IMG/VR virus record: IMGVR_UViG_3300017435_000029
Origin: a virus
Strand: one strand, 5' to 3'
DNA length: 64,000 nt
Below are positions 1 through 8,505 of this stretch, piece after piece; within the stretch, counting starts at the first letter, position 1; every line of letters starts with the position of its first letter. The notes under the pieces were generated by a model. The model searched no databases. It was not told where the DNA came from and saw only the letters and a list, made by a program, of their open reading frames with translations. Made by a program: the position numbers and the translations under genes.

Positions 1-1
1 G

Positions 2-235
2 AGGCCGTCGTCCGACACCCACAAGTCGCTCGTCGGCGCGCGCAGCTTCTCCAACGGGAGGAACGTGCCGCGCTACACCAACAACCACGTGCTGATCGTC
101 GACACGCCCTACCACCGGTCGGCGGTCATGCAGGATGTCGCCGAGTACTCGCAGTTCAAGGAGAAGTTGTACCAGACCAAGCGGGAGTTCGGCCACGAGA
201 ACGTACACATGCTGCGGGAGATGCGAATTGACTGA
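2..235 (+). CDS. 3' end of a gene that starts upstream of the window (hypothetical). Frame 2 reads ...HVLIVDTPYHRSAVMQDVAEYSQFKEKLYQTKREFGHENVHMLREMRID, stop TGA 233-235.
   Basis: Protein-like translation, high GC3 and a stop codon; its start lies outside the window. Confidence 0.4.
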   Translation, partial: RPSSDTHKSLVGARSFSNGRNVPRYTNNHVLIVDTPYHRSAVMQDVAEYSQFKEKLYQTKREFGHENVHMLREMRID

Positions 236-1151
236 TATTGACCTGGTCAAGCCTCAGCTGGCCCCGACGTTCAGCCCCCAGGGCAACCCCGAGTACATGC
301 CCCGCATCGAGAGAGGGCTCAAGGAGCACGGCTGGTTCGTCAGCCCGAAGATCGACGGCATCCGCTGCATGGTGCAGCAGGGTCTCTGCCTGTCGCGCCG
401 GGGCGACCCGCTGCGCAGCTACCAGCTGCAGGAGATGTTCGGCGACCTGAACGGCTACGACGGCGAGGCGGTGTGCGGCGACCCCGCCGCCCCGAACGTC
501 TACAACACGTCCTCGTCGCACATCATGGCTTACAACAAGCCCGGCGCTCTCTCTCTACACGTCTTCGACTACTTCCACCCGGACTGGCTGGCCAAGGCCT
601 ACCACCGTCGGCTGGAGGAGCTGGAGCGCGTCGACGCGTCGCTGGAGGGCGTCAACCTCGTGCCGCACGAGCTCGCCACCGACATGGACGGCCTGCTGAG
701 GGCCGAGGCGCACATGCTCGAGCTCGGCTACGAGGGCGTCATGCTGAACAACCCCGAGGCGCCCTACAAGCAGGGCCGGGGCACCGTCAAGCAGGGCATC
801 GTCTTCAAGCTGAAGCGCGAGGAGGACGTCGAGGTCGAGCTGACCGGTCTGATCGAGCGGATGCGCAACGAGAACGAGCAGGAGCGGGGCGCGCTGGGCC
901 AGGCGAAGCGCTCCACGGCCAAGGAGGGCCTCGTCCCCTGCGGCAGCGTCGGCAAGTTCCGGGGCACCTACATGGGCCGCGAGATCAGCGTCGCTCCCGG
1001 TCAGTTCAGCCACGAGGAGCTGCAGGACATCTGGGACAGCTGGCCGCGCGACAAGGGTCGCCTGCTCAAGGCGCGCCACTTCCCGCACGGCGCGAAGGAC
1101 GAGCTCCGGCAGGCCCGAGCGCTGGGCTTCCGCGAGGCCACGGACCTCTGA
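228..1151 (+). CDS. ATP-dependent DNA ligase (minimal Chlorella-virus/T7-like type)
   Basis: Motif I KIDGIR (SPKIDGIRCM), motif III LHVFDYF, motif IV EGVMLN and motif V IVFKLKR are present in the correct order. The likely start is TTG 228, overlapping the upstream stop; the ORF-track start at 135 gives non-protein-like N-terminal residues. Confidence 0.85.
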   Translation: MTDIDLVKPQLAPTFSPQGNPEYMPRIERGLKEHGWFVSPKIDGIRCMVQQGLCLSRRGDPLRSYQLQEMFGDLNGYDGEAVCGDPAAPNVYNTSSSHIMAYNKPGALSLHVFDYFHPDWLAKAYHRRLEELERVDASLEGVNLVPHELATDMDGLLRAEAHMLELGYEGVMLNNPEAPYKQGRGTVKQGIVFKLKREEDVEVELTGLIERMRNENEQERGALGQAKRSTAKEGLVPCGSVGKFRGTYMGREISVAPGQFSHEELQDIWDSWPRDKGRLLKARHFPHGAKDELRQARALGFREATDL

Positions 1152-1166
1152 CAAGGAGATGGGCGC

Positions 1167-1433
1167 ATGCCCGGTGAAAAGTACAACCTGTTCTCGCCGA
1201 TCAAGAAGTCGGACGGCGGGACCTACTGGCACAAGGTCGGCTCTGCGTGGCCGCACCGCAACGGACGCGGTTTCAACCTGAGCTTCAACTCCCTGCCCAT
1301 CACGATGGAGAACGGCCAGGTCGTGGTGTCGATGTTCCTGGACGAGGGCCCACCGCCCGACAACAAGCGGGAGGAGCCGAGGACGGGCGGCTGGGTGCCG
1401 CGCGACGACCTCGACGACGACGTGCCGTTCTGA
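1167..1433 (+). CDS. hypothetical protein (88 aa)
   Basis: RBS AAGGAG sits 8 nt upstream, GC3 is high, and the stop overlaps the next start (ATGA). Confidence 0.6.
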   Translation: MPGEKYNLFSPIKKSDGGTYWHKVGSAWPHRNGRGFNLSFNSLPITMENGQVVVSMFLDEGPPPDNKREEPRTGGWVPRDDLDDDVPF

Positions 1434-1693
1434 TGGCAGGCAACAGATCAGGCGAGCCGACGCTGGCCCGCAACTACTCGAACGACGGCAAGGACTTCTT
1501 CGGGCGCGAGCTGAAGCAGGGTGACCTCGTGGTCAAGCTGCTCGGCAACGGCGTGTCCACCCTCCTGGAGGCCCGCGAAGTGCACGGGGTCGCGGGCGAC
1601 GACGTCTGGCTCAAGCCGCGGCTCGAGACCGGACACATCAGCAAGATGACGTACTCGGGGCGGCTGGCCCTGGTGCGCAGGGCGGAGGAGTAG
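1433..1693 (+). CDS. hypothetical protein (86 aa, MAGNRSGEPT...)
   Basis: ATG 1433 is in frame with ORF 1247..1693; the translation upstream of it is RAP-rich artefact. Translationally coupled to the previous gene. Confidence 0.5.
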   Translation: MAGNRSGEPTLARNYSNDGKDFFGRELKQGDLVVKLLGNGVSTLLEAREVHGVAGDDVWLKPRLETGHISKMTYSGRLALVRRAEE

Positions 1694-1771
1694 AGTGACC
1701 AGACCAAGGGGCGCCCGGGACCCTCCCGAGAGCGCCGACAGACCGCAACCTACAACCAAGAGACTGGACAC

Positions 1772-1972
1772 ATGAAAGACTTCGAGGGAACTGAGATAAA
1801 GGCCGGCGACACCGTCATCCAGATGTCGACCGGACCCGGCACGCCGGAGATGAGGCGGCGCGAGGTGCTGGAGACGGGCGAGCGGAGCGCGCTGCTCGGC
1901 CCGTGCAAGGAGGCCAGCCGCGAGAGCACCGTCATGCGCGGCAAGAACCTGTTCGTGGTGCCGACGCGGTGA
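1772..1972 (+). CDS. hypothetical protein (66 aa)
   Basis: ORF with high GC3; an AGACTGGACACATG RBS-like purine stretch precedes it. Confidence 0.45.
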   Translation: MKDFEGTEIKAGDTVIQMSTGPGTPEMRRREVLETGERSALLGPCKEASRESTVMRGKNLFVVPTR

Positions 1973-1983
1973 CGGTCGTCGCC

Positions 1984-2184
1984 ATGGAGACGCGCTTCGA
2001 GCGCGGCGTGGAGGTGGCCTACGTCACCGAGCGTGTGAAGCAGATCGCCCCGACCGACATCTACCTGGGCGACATCCTGGTGGCCGAGCAGGGTCAGCCG
2101 TACGACGCGCTGGTCAAGACGCGCTCGGCGGACCCGACGGCGGTCCGCAAGGTGAAGGAGAGCATGACCTCATGGCTGGGATGA
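1984..2184 (+). CDS. hypothetical protein (METRFERG..., 66 aa)
   Basis: In-frame ATG inside ORF 1903..2184 where the translation becomes protein-like. Confidence 0.4.
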   Translation: METRFERGVEVAYVTERVKQIAPTDIYLGDILVAEQGQPYDALVKTRSADPTAVRKVKESMTSWLG

Positions 2185-3161
2185 AGCGCAGCACAGTCGC
2201 CAGCGTCATCCGCAAGAAGATGACGAACCTCCTGGCCAGCATCGACGACACCGCGGTCCGGGACCTGATGGCGCGCGACATCATCGTGACCGGCGGCTGC
2301 GTCGCCTCGATGATGACCGACGAGAAGGTCAACGACTACGACGTCTACTTTCGCACGCGCGAGGCGGCCCTGGCCGTCGCCAACTACTACGTGCGGAAGT
2401 TCAACGAGGCCGTCGCGACGCGCTCTAAGGTCAAGGAGTACGCGCCGGTCGTCAAGGAGATCACGCGGCAGAACGTCCTGGGCGAGGACGAGGACCGCAT
2501 CGTGATCTGGATGCAGTCGGCGGGCGTGGCAGGTGAGGTCAGCGAGGAGGCCCCCGGCAGCGTCGACTACGACTACTTCGAGAGCCGGCCCGAGCACGAG
2601 GCGGGCGAGTTCCTGGACGCCATCACCCACGACCCGGCGCAGGACGCCGAGGCCGTCAGGGAGGAGATGTCCGGGCGCGACAAGAAGACCAAGCCGCGCT
2701 ACCGGCCGGTCTTCATCTCGGAGAACGCCATCACGCTGTCCGACCAGGTGCAGCTGATGATCCGGTTCTGGGGCGAGCCCGAGCAGCTCCACCGGAACTA
2801 CGACTACGCCCACGCCATGGGCTACTACGAGCACTCGACGGGCAAGGTCACGGTCAGCGCCGAGACCATGGAGTGCATGCTCAGCAAGACCCTCAAGTAC
2901 AAGGGCTCGCTGTACCCGATCGCGTCCATCTTCCGGCTGCGCAAGTTCCTGGCGCGCGGCTGGCGGATCACCGCCGGCGAGATGCTGAAGATCGTCTGGC
3001 AACTCAAGGGTATCAACCTGGACGACCCCGCCGTGCTGAGGGAGCAGCTGCTCGGCGTGGACCAGGCCTACATGCACCAGCTCATCAGCGAGCTGTCTAA
3101 GGCGGAGGGGCGCGTCGACGCCACCTACCTCGCCAAGCTCATCGACAACCTCTTCGACTGA
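2172..3161 (+). CDS. putative nucleotidyltransferase-fold protein (Pol-beta superfamily signature), function unknown
   Basis: IIVTGGCVASMMTDEKVNDYDVYF fits the hG[GS]-x(9-13)-DhDh signature. 329-aa ORF with high GC3. Confidence 0.55.
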   Translation: MAGMKRSTVASVIRKKMTNLLASIDDTAVRDLMARDIIVTGGCVASMMTDEKVNDYDVYFRTREAALAVANYYVRKFNEAVATRSKVKEYAPVVKEITRQNVLGEDEDRIVIWMQSAGVAGEVSEEAPGSVDYDYFESRPEHEAGEFLDAITHDPAQDAEAVREEMSGRDKKTKPRYRPVFISENAITLSDQVQLMIRFWGEPEQLHRNYDYAHAMGYYEHSTGKVTVSAETMECMLSKTLKYKGSLYPIASIFRLRKFLARGWRITAGEMLKIVWQLKGINLDDPAVLREQLLGVDQAYMHQLISELSKAEGRVDATYLAKLIDNLFD

Positions 3162-3162
3162 A

Positions 3163-3552
3163 ATGGAGAACACTGAAATGGATACGAACACCATCACCGT
3201 CGTCGCCCTCGTCCTCGCCGCCGCCTACTTCGCGATGCGCACCTTCTACCTTCGCCGCGAGCTCACGTCGCAGCGCGAGGAGTTCGAGGTCATCGAGAAG
3301 GGTCTGCGCCGGGAGATTGGCTCGCACACCAGCGCGTACGGCGAGCTGGCTGAGTCGGCGCGCAAGCGCAACGACGCGCACACCACCGAGGTCGCTGCCT
3401 TCCGGGGCAGCGTGACCAAGCTGCGCGAGCGCGGCGACACGTACCGCACGGCGCTGGACGAGATCCTGGCGCTCAGCGGCAACATGATCGGGCGCGCGAA
3501 GGCGGCGCAGCACATCGCCGCGCAGGCCCGCAGCGCGACCCAGGCCGAGTGA
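3163..3552 (+). CDS. membrane-anchored coiled-coil protein (129 aa)
   Basis: N-terminal hydrophobic segment ITVVALVLAAAYFAMRTFY followed by a charged helical region. Confidence 0.6.
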   Translation: MENTEMDTNTITVVALVLAAAYFAMRTFYLRRELTSQREEFEVIEKGLRREIGSHTSAYGELAESARKRNDAHTTEVAAFRGSVTKLRERGDTYRTALDEILALSGNMIGRAKAAQHIAAQARSATQAE

Positions 3553-3776
3553 AGCTCGAGGTCGACCGCGAGTACGTCACGAGGGAGGGCCGCCCAGCGG
3601 TGGTCCTCCAGGCGTACCAGAAGAAGTCCGGCAACCGCGACTTCGTCAAGATGTCCGAGCAGGTCGGCTTCGCCGTCCGCGTCGAGGGCAAGCTGGAGAA
3701 GTACAACTATGACGGAACCTACCTCGGCGGAGGACGAGAGTCACCGATGGACATCGTGGCCGAGAAGGGCGACTAG
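3549..3776 (+). CDS. hypothetical protein (75 aa), GTG start
   Basis: GTGA overlap with the upstream stop; protein-like translation. Confidence 0.5.
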   Translation: MKLEVDREYVTREGRPAVVLQAYQKKSGNRDFVKMSEQVGFAVRVEGKLEKYNYDGTYLGGGRESPMDIVAEKGD

Positions 3777-4071
3777 GGCCGACCTCTACCACGAGCTGGC
3801 GCGGCACTGCACCTCCCCGGCCTTCGTGTGGCACAACGTGCCGTGGCTGCACCAACACGCGCCGCACGCGCCCCTCTGCGACTTCGCGGAGAACAGCTAC
3901 GAGGCCAAGCTGGCTCTCTGGCTCCTGCAGAACAACCAGGTCAACATTCAAGGGTTCCAAGATCTATGGACGCTACACTGGCGGACGCTCGGCGGGTGGA
4001 GGCTGCGAAGCCCCTCGAGCTGCGGGGCTTCAACAAGCCCACCTTCCGCACCAACGACGGGTTCATCCTGA
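3709..4071 (+). CDS. anomalous frame-1 coding segment. High-GC3 coding signal runs 3778-3965 with no canonical start after the upstream stop. It may be an overlapping gene or a frameshifted part of a larger gene.
   Basis: In frame 1 the third positions are almost all G/C from 3778 to about 3965 (DLYHELARHCTSPAFVWHNVPWLHQHAPHAPLCDFAENSYEAKLALWLLQNNQVNIQGFQDLW). Frame 0 is RAP-rich over the same stretch. Confidence 0.3.
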   Translation: MTEPTSAEDESHRWTSWPRRATRADLYHELARHCTSPAFVWHNVPWLHQHAPHAPLCDFAENSYEAKLALWLLQNNQVNIQGFQDLWTLHWRTLGGWRLRSPSSCGASTSPPSAPTTGSS

Positions 4072-4277
4072 ACCTGATCAACGTCTCGCCCTTCGGCAGC
4101 CTCGGCACGGCGTTCGTGCTGGAGGCTATCCGACACTACTCAACCACCGTCGCGGCCCAGGAGCTGGGCGAGGAGACTGAGGAGGACAAGAATGCGGTAC
4201 TGAGCAAGCATACGTGGCGGCGCGTCGCCGTAGACGTGCGCGACCGCGTGACCAACTATCTCAACACCAAGGGGTGA
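3966..4277 (+). CDS. hypothetical protein (MDATLADARRVEAAKPLELRGFNKPTFRTNDGFILNL..., 103 aa)
   Basis: Strong GC3 from 3966 onward in frame 0; the translation upstream of this ATG in the same frame is artefactual. Confidence 0.55.
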   Translation: MDATLADARRVEAAKPLELRGFNKPTFRTNDGFILNLINVSPFGSLGTAFVLEAIRHYSTTVAAQELGEETEEDKNAVLSKHTWRRVAVDVRDRVTNYLNTKG

Positions 4278-4284
4278 TCGAAGC

Positions 4285-4659
4285 ATGAGCGAGTTCGAGA
4301 ACAACCAAGTCAGGGTCATCAAGGCGTTCCGCGATCGGGACGGCAACTCGGTGCCCCGGGACACGCAGCCGCTGCTGGCCGCCTTCCTGGTCTACGGTGA
4401 GGTGAAGGACAACACCTTCCTCCACGCCGTGCTGGCCAGGGACTTCGACATGCTGTCCTCCGTTCCCATGAGCGGCGCACAGCGCGAGAAGTTCCAGACG
4501 GTGGTCGCCTGCGTAAGGGAGCTCGCCCCCGCACGCGCCTGGGGCAGCCACGAGCGCGTGTACGAATACCAGAGCTACGTGCGCTCGGGGGCGATGGCCC
4601 GAGAGCGCGCCTCCTACGAGGAGCGCGAGCGCACCAAGTCTTCCGCCACCCCCGCGTAG
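4285..4659 (+). CDS. hypothetical protein (124 aa)
   Basis: RBS-like AAGGGGTGA precedes the ATG; protein-like translation. Confidence 0.6.
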   Translation: MSEFENNQVRVIKAFRDRDGNSVPRDTQPLLAAFLVYGEVKDNTFLHAVLARDFDMLSSVPMSGAQREKFQTVVACVRELAPARAWGSHERVYEYQSYVRSGAMARERASYEERERTKSSATPA

Positions 4660-4800
4660 GGTGCGGAGAGCGCGCCGAGTCGCCGGGGCGGGGGAGAGTG
4701 ACCCCGACCCCCGCGGCGCTCACCAGCGGGGCTGAGGCGTGCCAGAACGGGCCAACCCGCCGACGGGCCGGGGAGGCCGCGTGTCACCGCGCGTGACGAA

Positions 4801-4816
4801 CCCGTTAAATTAACCC
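4801..4816 (+). promoter_or_regulatory. conserved element CCCGTTAAATTAACCC, copy 1 (candidate phage-RNAP promoter or operator)
   Basis: Exact 16-mer, AT-rich core in a GC-rich intergenic region; one of 5 identical copies. Confidence 0.6.
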
Positions 4817-4846
4817 AGGAACTGGGCAGGTTGACGGGGCGACGAG

Positions 4847-4862
4847 CCCGTTAAATTAACCC
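4847..4862 (+). promoter_or_regulatory. conserved element CCCGTTAAATTAACCC, copy 2, 52 nt upstream of the ATG at 4915
   Basis: Forms a tandem pair with copy 1, 46 bp apart, immediately upstream of a gene with a strong RBS. Confidence 0.6.
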
Positions 4863-4914
4863 TGAAAGGGTCGGCGAGACCGGCCCCGACATCCAGAGAA
4901 AGAGTGTAAGACAC

Positions 4915-5544
4915 ATGACCGACATCACCGATATCAAGCAGGTCTACATCATCGAGGGCCGTCAGTTCGAGACGAAGGCCGAGGCGCAGGACTTCCTCCG
5001 TCGCCCCAAGAAGGTCGACGCGTTCAAGACGTTCATCGCGGCCGGCGACAACCAGGACAAGATCATCGACTGGCTGCTCGACAACCAGGAGAGCGTCGAG
5101 AGCGCGTTCGAGGCGGGCGTCATCAAGCGCGTGTCGAAGTCCGAGACCAAGCAGCTCGAGGTCGCGTTCGCCGAGATCGCGGCGGCGGCAGCCGAGGGTC
5201 GCGCGATCGACACCAAGAAGGCGCGCATCGTCCTCGACAACATCGAGACCGCTCGCGACTCGTTCCGCTGGCCGACCGTCAAGCGCATGAACGACGAGGA
5301 GAAGGCCGCCGAGGCGCTGCGTCAGCTGACCGAGGTCGCCGAGGGCAACGAGCGCCTGGCTCAGTTCGTCGTCGAGAACAAGGACCGCGTCCTCGAGTCG
5401 TACGCGGCCGGCAAGCCGAAGCGCGAGGTCTCGCCGCAGGCCGCGGCTGGCCTGCAGGAGTACCGCGAGCGCATGGCCCGCGAGAAAGCGGAGCGCGAGG
5501 CGAAGGCCGCCGAGGGCGCTGACGCGACCACCGAGGCGGAGTAA
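4915..5544 (+). CDS. hypothetical protein (209 aa), probably highly expressed
   Basis: Strong RBS AGAGAAAGAG; two promoter-like elements upstream; terminator-like structure downstream. Confidence 0.7.
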   Translation: MTDITDIKQVYIIEGRQFETKAEAQDFLRRPKKVDAFKTFIAAGDNQDKIIDWLLDNQESVESAFEAGVIKRVSKSETKQLEVAFAEIAAAAAEGRAIDTKKARIVLDNIETARDSFRWPTVKRMNDEEKAAEALRQLTEVAEGNERLAQFVVENKDRVLESYAAGKPKREVSPQAAAGLQEYRERMAREKAEREAKAAEGADATTEAE

Positions 5545-5562
5545 CCCGCACACGTCCTAGGC

Positions 5563-5581
5563 ACTGACGTTAAACTGCCCC
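5563..5581 (+). promoter_or_regulatory. variant conserved element GCACTGACGTTAAACTGCCCC (type B)
   Basis: Near-identical to 9586-9605 and shares CGTTAAAyT...CCC with the type-A elements. Confidence 0.5.
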
Positions 5582-5682
5582 ACGCGCCGCGAAGGGAGGG
5601 TCGTAGTAGCTGACCGCCCTCAAACGACGACAGCCGCAGGTCTGTCCGGTCCCCGAAAGTCGCGTCCCGACGCCGCGCGGTA

Positions 5683-5738
5683 GAAGCCCCACGTACGCAT
5701 AGCCCTTGAGGTAAGCGAGCGTGGGGCTTTTATTTTGA
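5683..5738 (+). terminator. putative intrinsic terminator: 9-bp stem AAGCCCCAC/GTGGGGCTT followed by TTTATTTTG
   Basis: Inverted repeat at 5684-5692 and 5721-5729 followed by a T-run. The loop is large (28 nt), so it is atypical. Confidence 0.4.
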
Positions 5739-5754
5739 CCAAGAGGAGGTAGCA

Positions 5755-6054
5755 TTGACCGAAGAGGAGATGGCCGAGCTCCGGGAGATCTCGGACAGCA
5801 TCGTGGACGCCCGGAAGAAGCTCCGCAGGGAGGGCAACGCCACCCTGGACAACTACGACCTGTCCACCAAGATCCAGTCGCTGGCCCGTCGTCGGAAGCA
5901 GATCCTGGGCGAGAACCCCCTGGACCGCATAGACCACCCCGACCCGGACAGCCTGCCGCCCTTCCAGCGGGCGGACCCCGAGTACGTACGGGAGCTGGCG
6001 AAGGCCATCATCAGCAACCCGGACCCCAACGCAATCAAGTTCAAGAGGCTCTGA
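5755..6054 (+). CDS. hypothetical protein (99 aa)
   Basis: RBS AAGAGGAGG; TTG start as given in the ORF track. Confidence 0.6.
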   Translation: MTEEEMAELREISDSIVDARKKLRREGNATLDNYDLSTKIQSLARRRKQILGENPLDRIDHPDPDSLPPFQRADPEYVRELAKAIISNPDPNAIKFKRL

Positions 6055-6609
6055 ATGACCGACTTCCGACTGTACCAACAAGCGGTGTCGCCCGCGCTGG
6101 TCGACCTGATCAGCGGGGCGCTGCTCCACGTGCGCATGAGCCGTGACCCCAACCAGCGCATCGAGCGGAACGGGAACGCCTACATCAACCGCTGGATGCT
6201 GGCCCGCAAGGGTCAGGTTCCGCTGTACGACGACCCCGCCGAGCTGCTGGGCTACGCGGGCATGATCCCGAGCGAGCTCGAGAACCTGTACATGCACGAG
6301 TACGCCCGCAGCGACGCGGACGACCCGCACTGCCACCCGTGGCCGAACGTCACCCTCGTGGTCGACGGCTGGTACCGCGAGAACATGTACGAGGCCGGCA
6401 CCAACGTGCTGGTCGGCACCGCGACCCGCCTGCCGGGCGACGTGGTCGTGCGGTCGAGCGGCTCCGTCCACGCCATCGTGGAGACCAGCTCCGACTGCGT
6501 CAGCCTGTTCGCCACCCTGCCGAAGGAGAAGGACTGGGGCTTCCACACGGACGCTGGCTTCGTCCACTCCCGCGACTACTCCCCCAACAACGTGAGGCCG
6601 CTGTCGTGA
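6055..6609 (+). CDS. hypothetical protein (184 aa)
   Basis: ATG overlaps the upstream stop (TGAATG); high GC3. Confidence 0.6.
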   Translation: MTDFRLYQQAVSPALVDLISGALLHVRMSRDPNQRIERNGNAYINRWMLARKGQVPLYDDPAELLGYAGMIPSELENLYMHEYARSDADDPHCHPWPNVTLVVDGWYRENMYEAGTNVLVGTATRLPGDVVVRSSGSVHAIVETSSDCVSLFATLPKEKDWGFHTDAGFVHSRDYSPNNVRPLS

Positions 6610-6899
6610 GCGAGTACACCGCGCTGCTGGCCAAGATGAGCGAGCAGGACCGGGAGATCGTCCAGGCGAAGATGGCGCAGGTCCAGCTGACGGCCGCGAG
6701 GGACACCAAGAACCGCATGTACGTGGTGGCCGAGATGCGGGCCGGACCCATGCGCCTCGAGGCCGTGGACTTCGAGGGCAAGGTGACCTTCACCATGTGC
6801 TACGACAACGACGTGATGGCTCACATGGGCGAGGAGGCTGCGAGGCTGTTCAGCACCTTCGTCACCGACACCATGGAGCGACGCCCCAAGGAGGGCTGA
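6606..6899 (+). CDS. hypothetical protein (VSEYTALLAKMSEQ..., 97 aa)
   Basis: GTG 6606 overlaps the upstream stop; the earlier part of ORF 6339..6899 is RAP-rich artefact. Confidence 0.55.
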   Translation: MSEYTALLAKMSEQDREIVQAKMAQVQLTAARDTKNRMYVVAEMRAGPMRLEAVDFEGKVTFTMCYDNDVMAHMGEEAARLFSTFVTDTMERRPKEG

Positions 6900-7648
6900 T
6901 GAACATATTCTACGTGGACCTGGACCCCGCGAAGGCGGCCCAGGCCCTCCACAACCGACACATCATCAAGATGATCAGCGAGAGCTGCCAGCTGCTGTCC
7001 GTCTGGGCTAGCCGCTGGACCCCGATGGACCGGGGCAAGCTCTCGTTCATGACCGACGAACAGCACGCCGCCATGATGGCCGAGGTCGAGGCGGCGGACT
7101 TCGACCCCGAGGTGACCGACGCGATGGCGGAGGTGCCGCCCGACGTGCCCTGGACCGGCATCTCCCACCAGAACCACCCCGCCGCCCTGTGGCTCAGCGA
7201 GGGCCTCGGCAACGTGAGGTGGCTGGTGGAGCACCTCAAGGCTATGGTCGACGAGTACGACTTCCGCTACCCCGGCAACAAGGACAAGTTCGAGCGCGCG
7301 AGGGTCATCGTGCCCGCGATGCGCTACTGGCTGGGCAAGTTCGTGACGCTCAACCACACCTGCCCGAAGGCCTGCTTCCCGGACAAGTACAAGCACGAGC
7401 CCCTGGACCGCGAGAACGTGATGCAGGGCTACCGGGACTACTACCTGTCGGAGAAGATCGCCGGCAACGAGTGGGGCAAGCGGGAGCCGCCGAGCTGGGT
7501 GATCCGGTACAAGGAACTCTACAAGCCTCCTCCCCCGATCGACGTGGGCGACATCTTCGCCGTGCCGTCGAAGCCCAAGGTCGAGCACGCTCTGCCGGTC
7601 GCGGAGCCGACTCGGCAGAAGGTCAGCGCGAAGGACATCGTGTTCTAA
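6899..7648 (+). CDS. hypothetical protein (249 aa; MNIFYVDLDPAKAAQALHNRHIIKMISESCQLLS...)
   Basis: ATG 6899 overlaps the upstream stop. The N-terminus is loosely reminiscent of pyrimidine-dimer glycosylase family N-termini (L-D-Q-H-L-x-A-E), but the match is weak. Confidence 0.55.
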   Translation: MNIFYVDLDPAKAAQALHNRHIIKMISESCQLLSVWASRWTPMDRGKLSFMTDEQHAAMMAEVEAADFDPEVTDAMAEVPPDVPWTGISHQNHPAALWLSEGLGNVRWLVEHLKAMVDEYDFRYPGNKDKFERARVIVPAMRYWLGKFVTLNHTCPKACFPDKYKHEPLDRENVMQGYRDYYLSEKIAGNEWGKREPPSWVIRYKELYKPPPPIDVGDIFAVPSKPKVEHALPVAEPTRQKVSAKDIVF

Positions 7649-7848
7649 TGTTTATCGAAGTCAAGGATAAGTTCGGCGAGATGCAGACGGTGAACCTGCT
7701 CAAGGTCTGCCGTCTCATCAACCGTGCGGGCGAGGCGGTCATCTGCTTTGGCCCCTCGCCCTACAACGAGATCCTAGCCGTGGAGGAGACCTACGAGTCC
7801 CTCCGCGACAGGGTGAACCGCGCCCTCGGGTGCACAACGAAGGAGTGA
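7648..7848 (+). CDS. hypothetical protein (66 aa, MFIEVKDKFGEMQTVNLLKVCRL...)
   Basis: TAATG overlap with the previous gene; protein-like translation. Confidence 0.5.
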   Translation: MFIEVKDKFGEMQTVNLLKVCRLINRAGEAVICFGPSPYNEILAVEETYESLRDRVNRALGCTTKE

Positions 7849-7853
7849 ATCGA

Positions 7854-8168
7854 ATGGCCGACGAGATCGAAGTGAACGAGATCGAGGTCCCCGAGACGGT
7901 CGAGGACGTCGTGGAGGACACGCCCGCGCCGCAGCCGGAGCGCCGCGAGCCGCCCGCGTCGAAGACCGACGAAGACCCGGTCGACGTCATGACGCGCCAC
8001 CTGCGCGACCACCCGGAGAACACCGCCGCCGACCTCGCGGACGTGATGAACGTTCTGGTACCCGGCACCACCGGCAAGGACGAGCGCGTCCGCGTCGCCG
8101 AGGCGGCGATCCGCGCCTCCGACCACCCGCTCAAGGGCTCGCTCAGCGAGGTCCGCGAGCGCCTCTGA
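7854..8168 (+). CDS. acidic hypothetical protein (104 aa)
   Basis: RBS AAGGAG sits 8 nt before ATG 7854; very acidic N-terminus (DEIEVNEIEVPETVEDVVED). Confidence 0.55.
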   Translation: MADEIEVNEIEVPETVEDVVEDTPAPQPERREPPASKTDEDPVDVMTRHLRDHPENTAADLADVMNVLVPGTTGKDERVRVAEAAIRASDHPLKGSLSEVRERL

Positions 8169-8220
8169 CACAACCACGGGAGTGGGCCTTCGGGCCTGCT
8201 CCCTTTTAAACGGACCGGAC

Positions 8221-8505
8221 ATGAAGGTGAGACAACTCAAGGCCATGCTTGAACGCTTCGACGAGGACGCCAGCGTGTCCCTGCTCGGGGCCGTCCAGGA
8301 GGTCCAGATCACGGGCTACAGGCCGGGGCTGCGCGTCAGCTCCGTGGAAGGAGAGATACATGATAAAGCGGGCCCTGTCGTGGATATTTCGCCGCTTCCG
8401 CCGCAGAGCTACGTCGTCCTCGACGGCGGGCTCTCGCCGGACAGCGTCATCCCCGGAATTCTCGATGCCGTACGGACAGCAGGTCCGGCGAGGCTCCTCC
8501 AGTGA
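8221..8505 (+). CDS. hypothetical protein (94 aa)
   Basis: ATG 8221 inside ORF 8182..8505; high GC3. Confidence 0.5.
   Translation: MKVRQLKAMLERFDEDASVSLLGAVQEVQITGYRPGLRVSSVEGEIHDKAGPVVDISPLPPQSYVVLDGGLSPDSVIPGILDAVRTAGPARLLQ

Noticed and set aside
473-1256. Overlapping alternative-frame ORFs at 473..1177 (+) and 555..1256 (-) across the DNA ligase gene
   Set aside because: RAP-rich artefact translations. The ligase frame carries all of the catalytic motifs.
4776-4790. Hairpin GTCACcgcgcGTGAC just upstream of the first conserved element
   Set aside because: It is a single occurrence of a short 5-bp stem. It may simply be the 3' end structure of the upstream transcript, so I did not treat it as a separate regulatory site.
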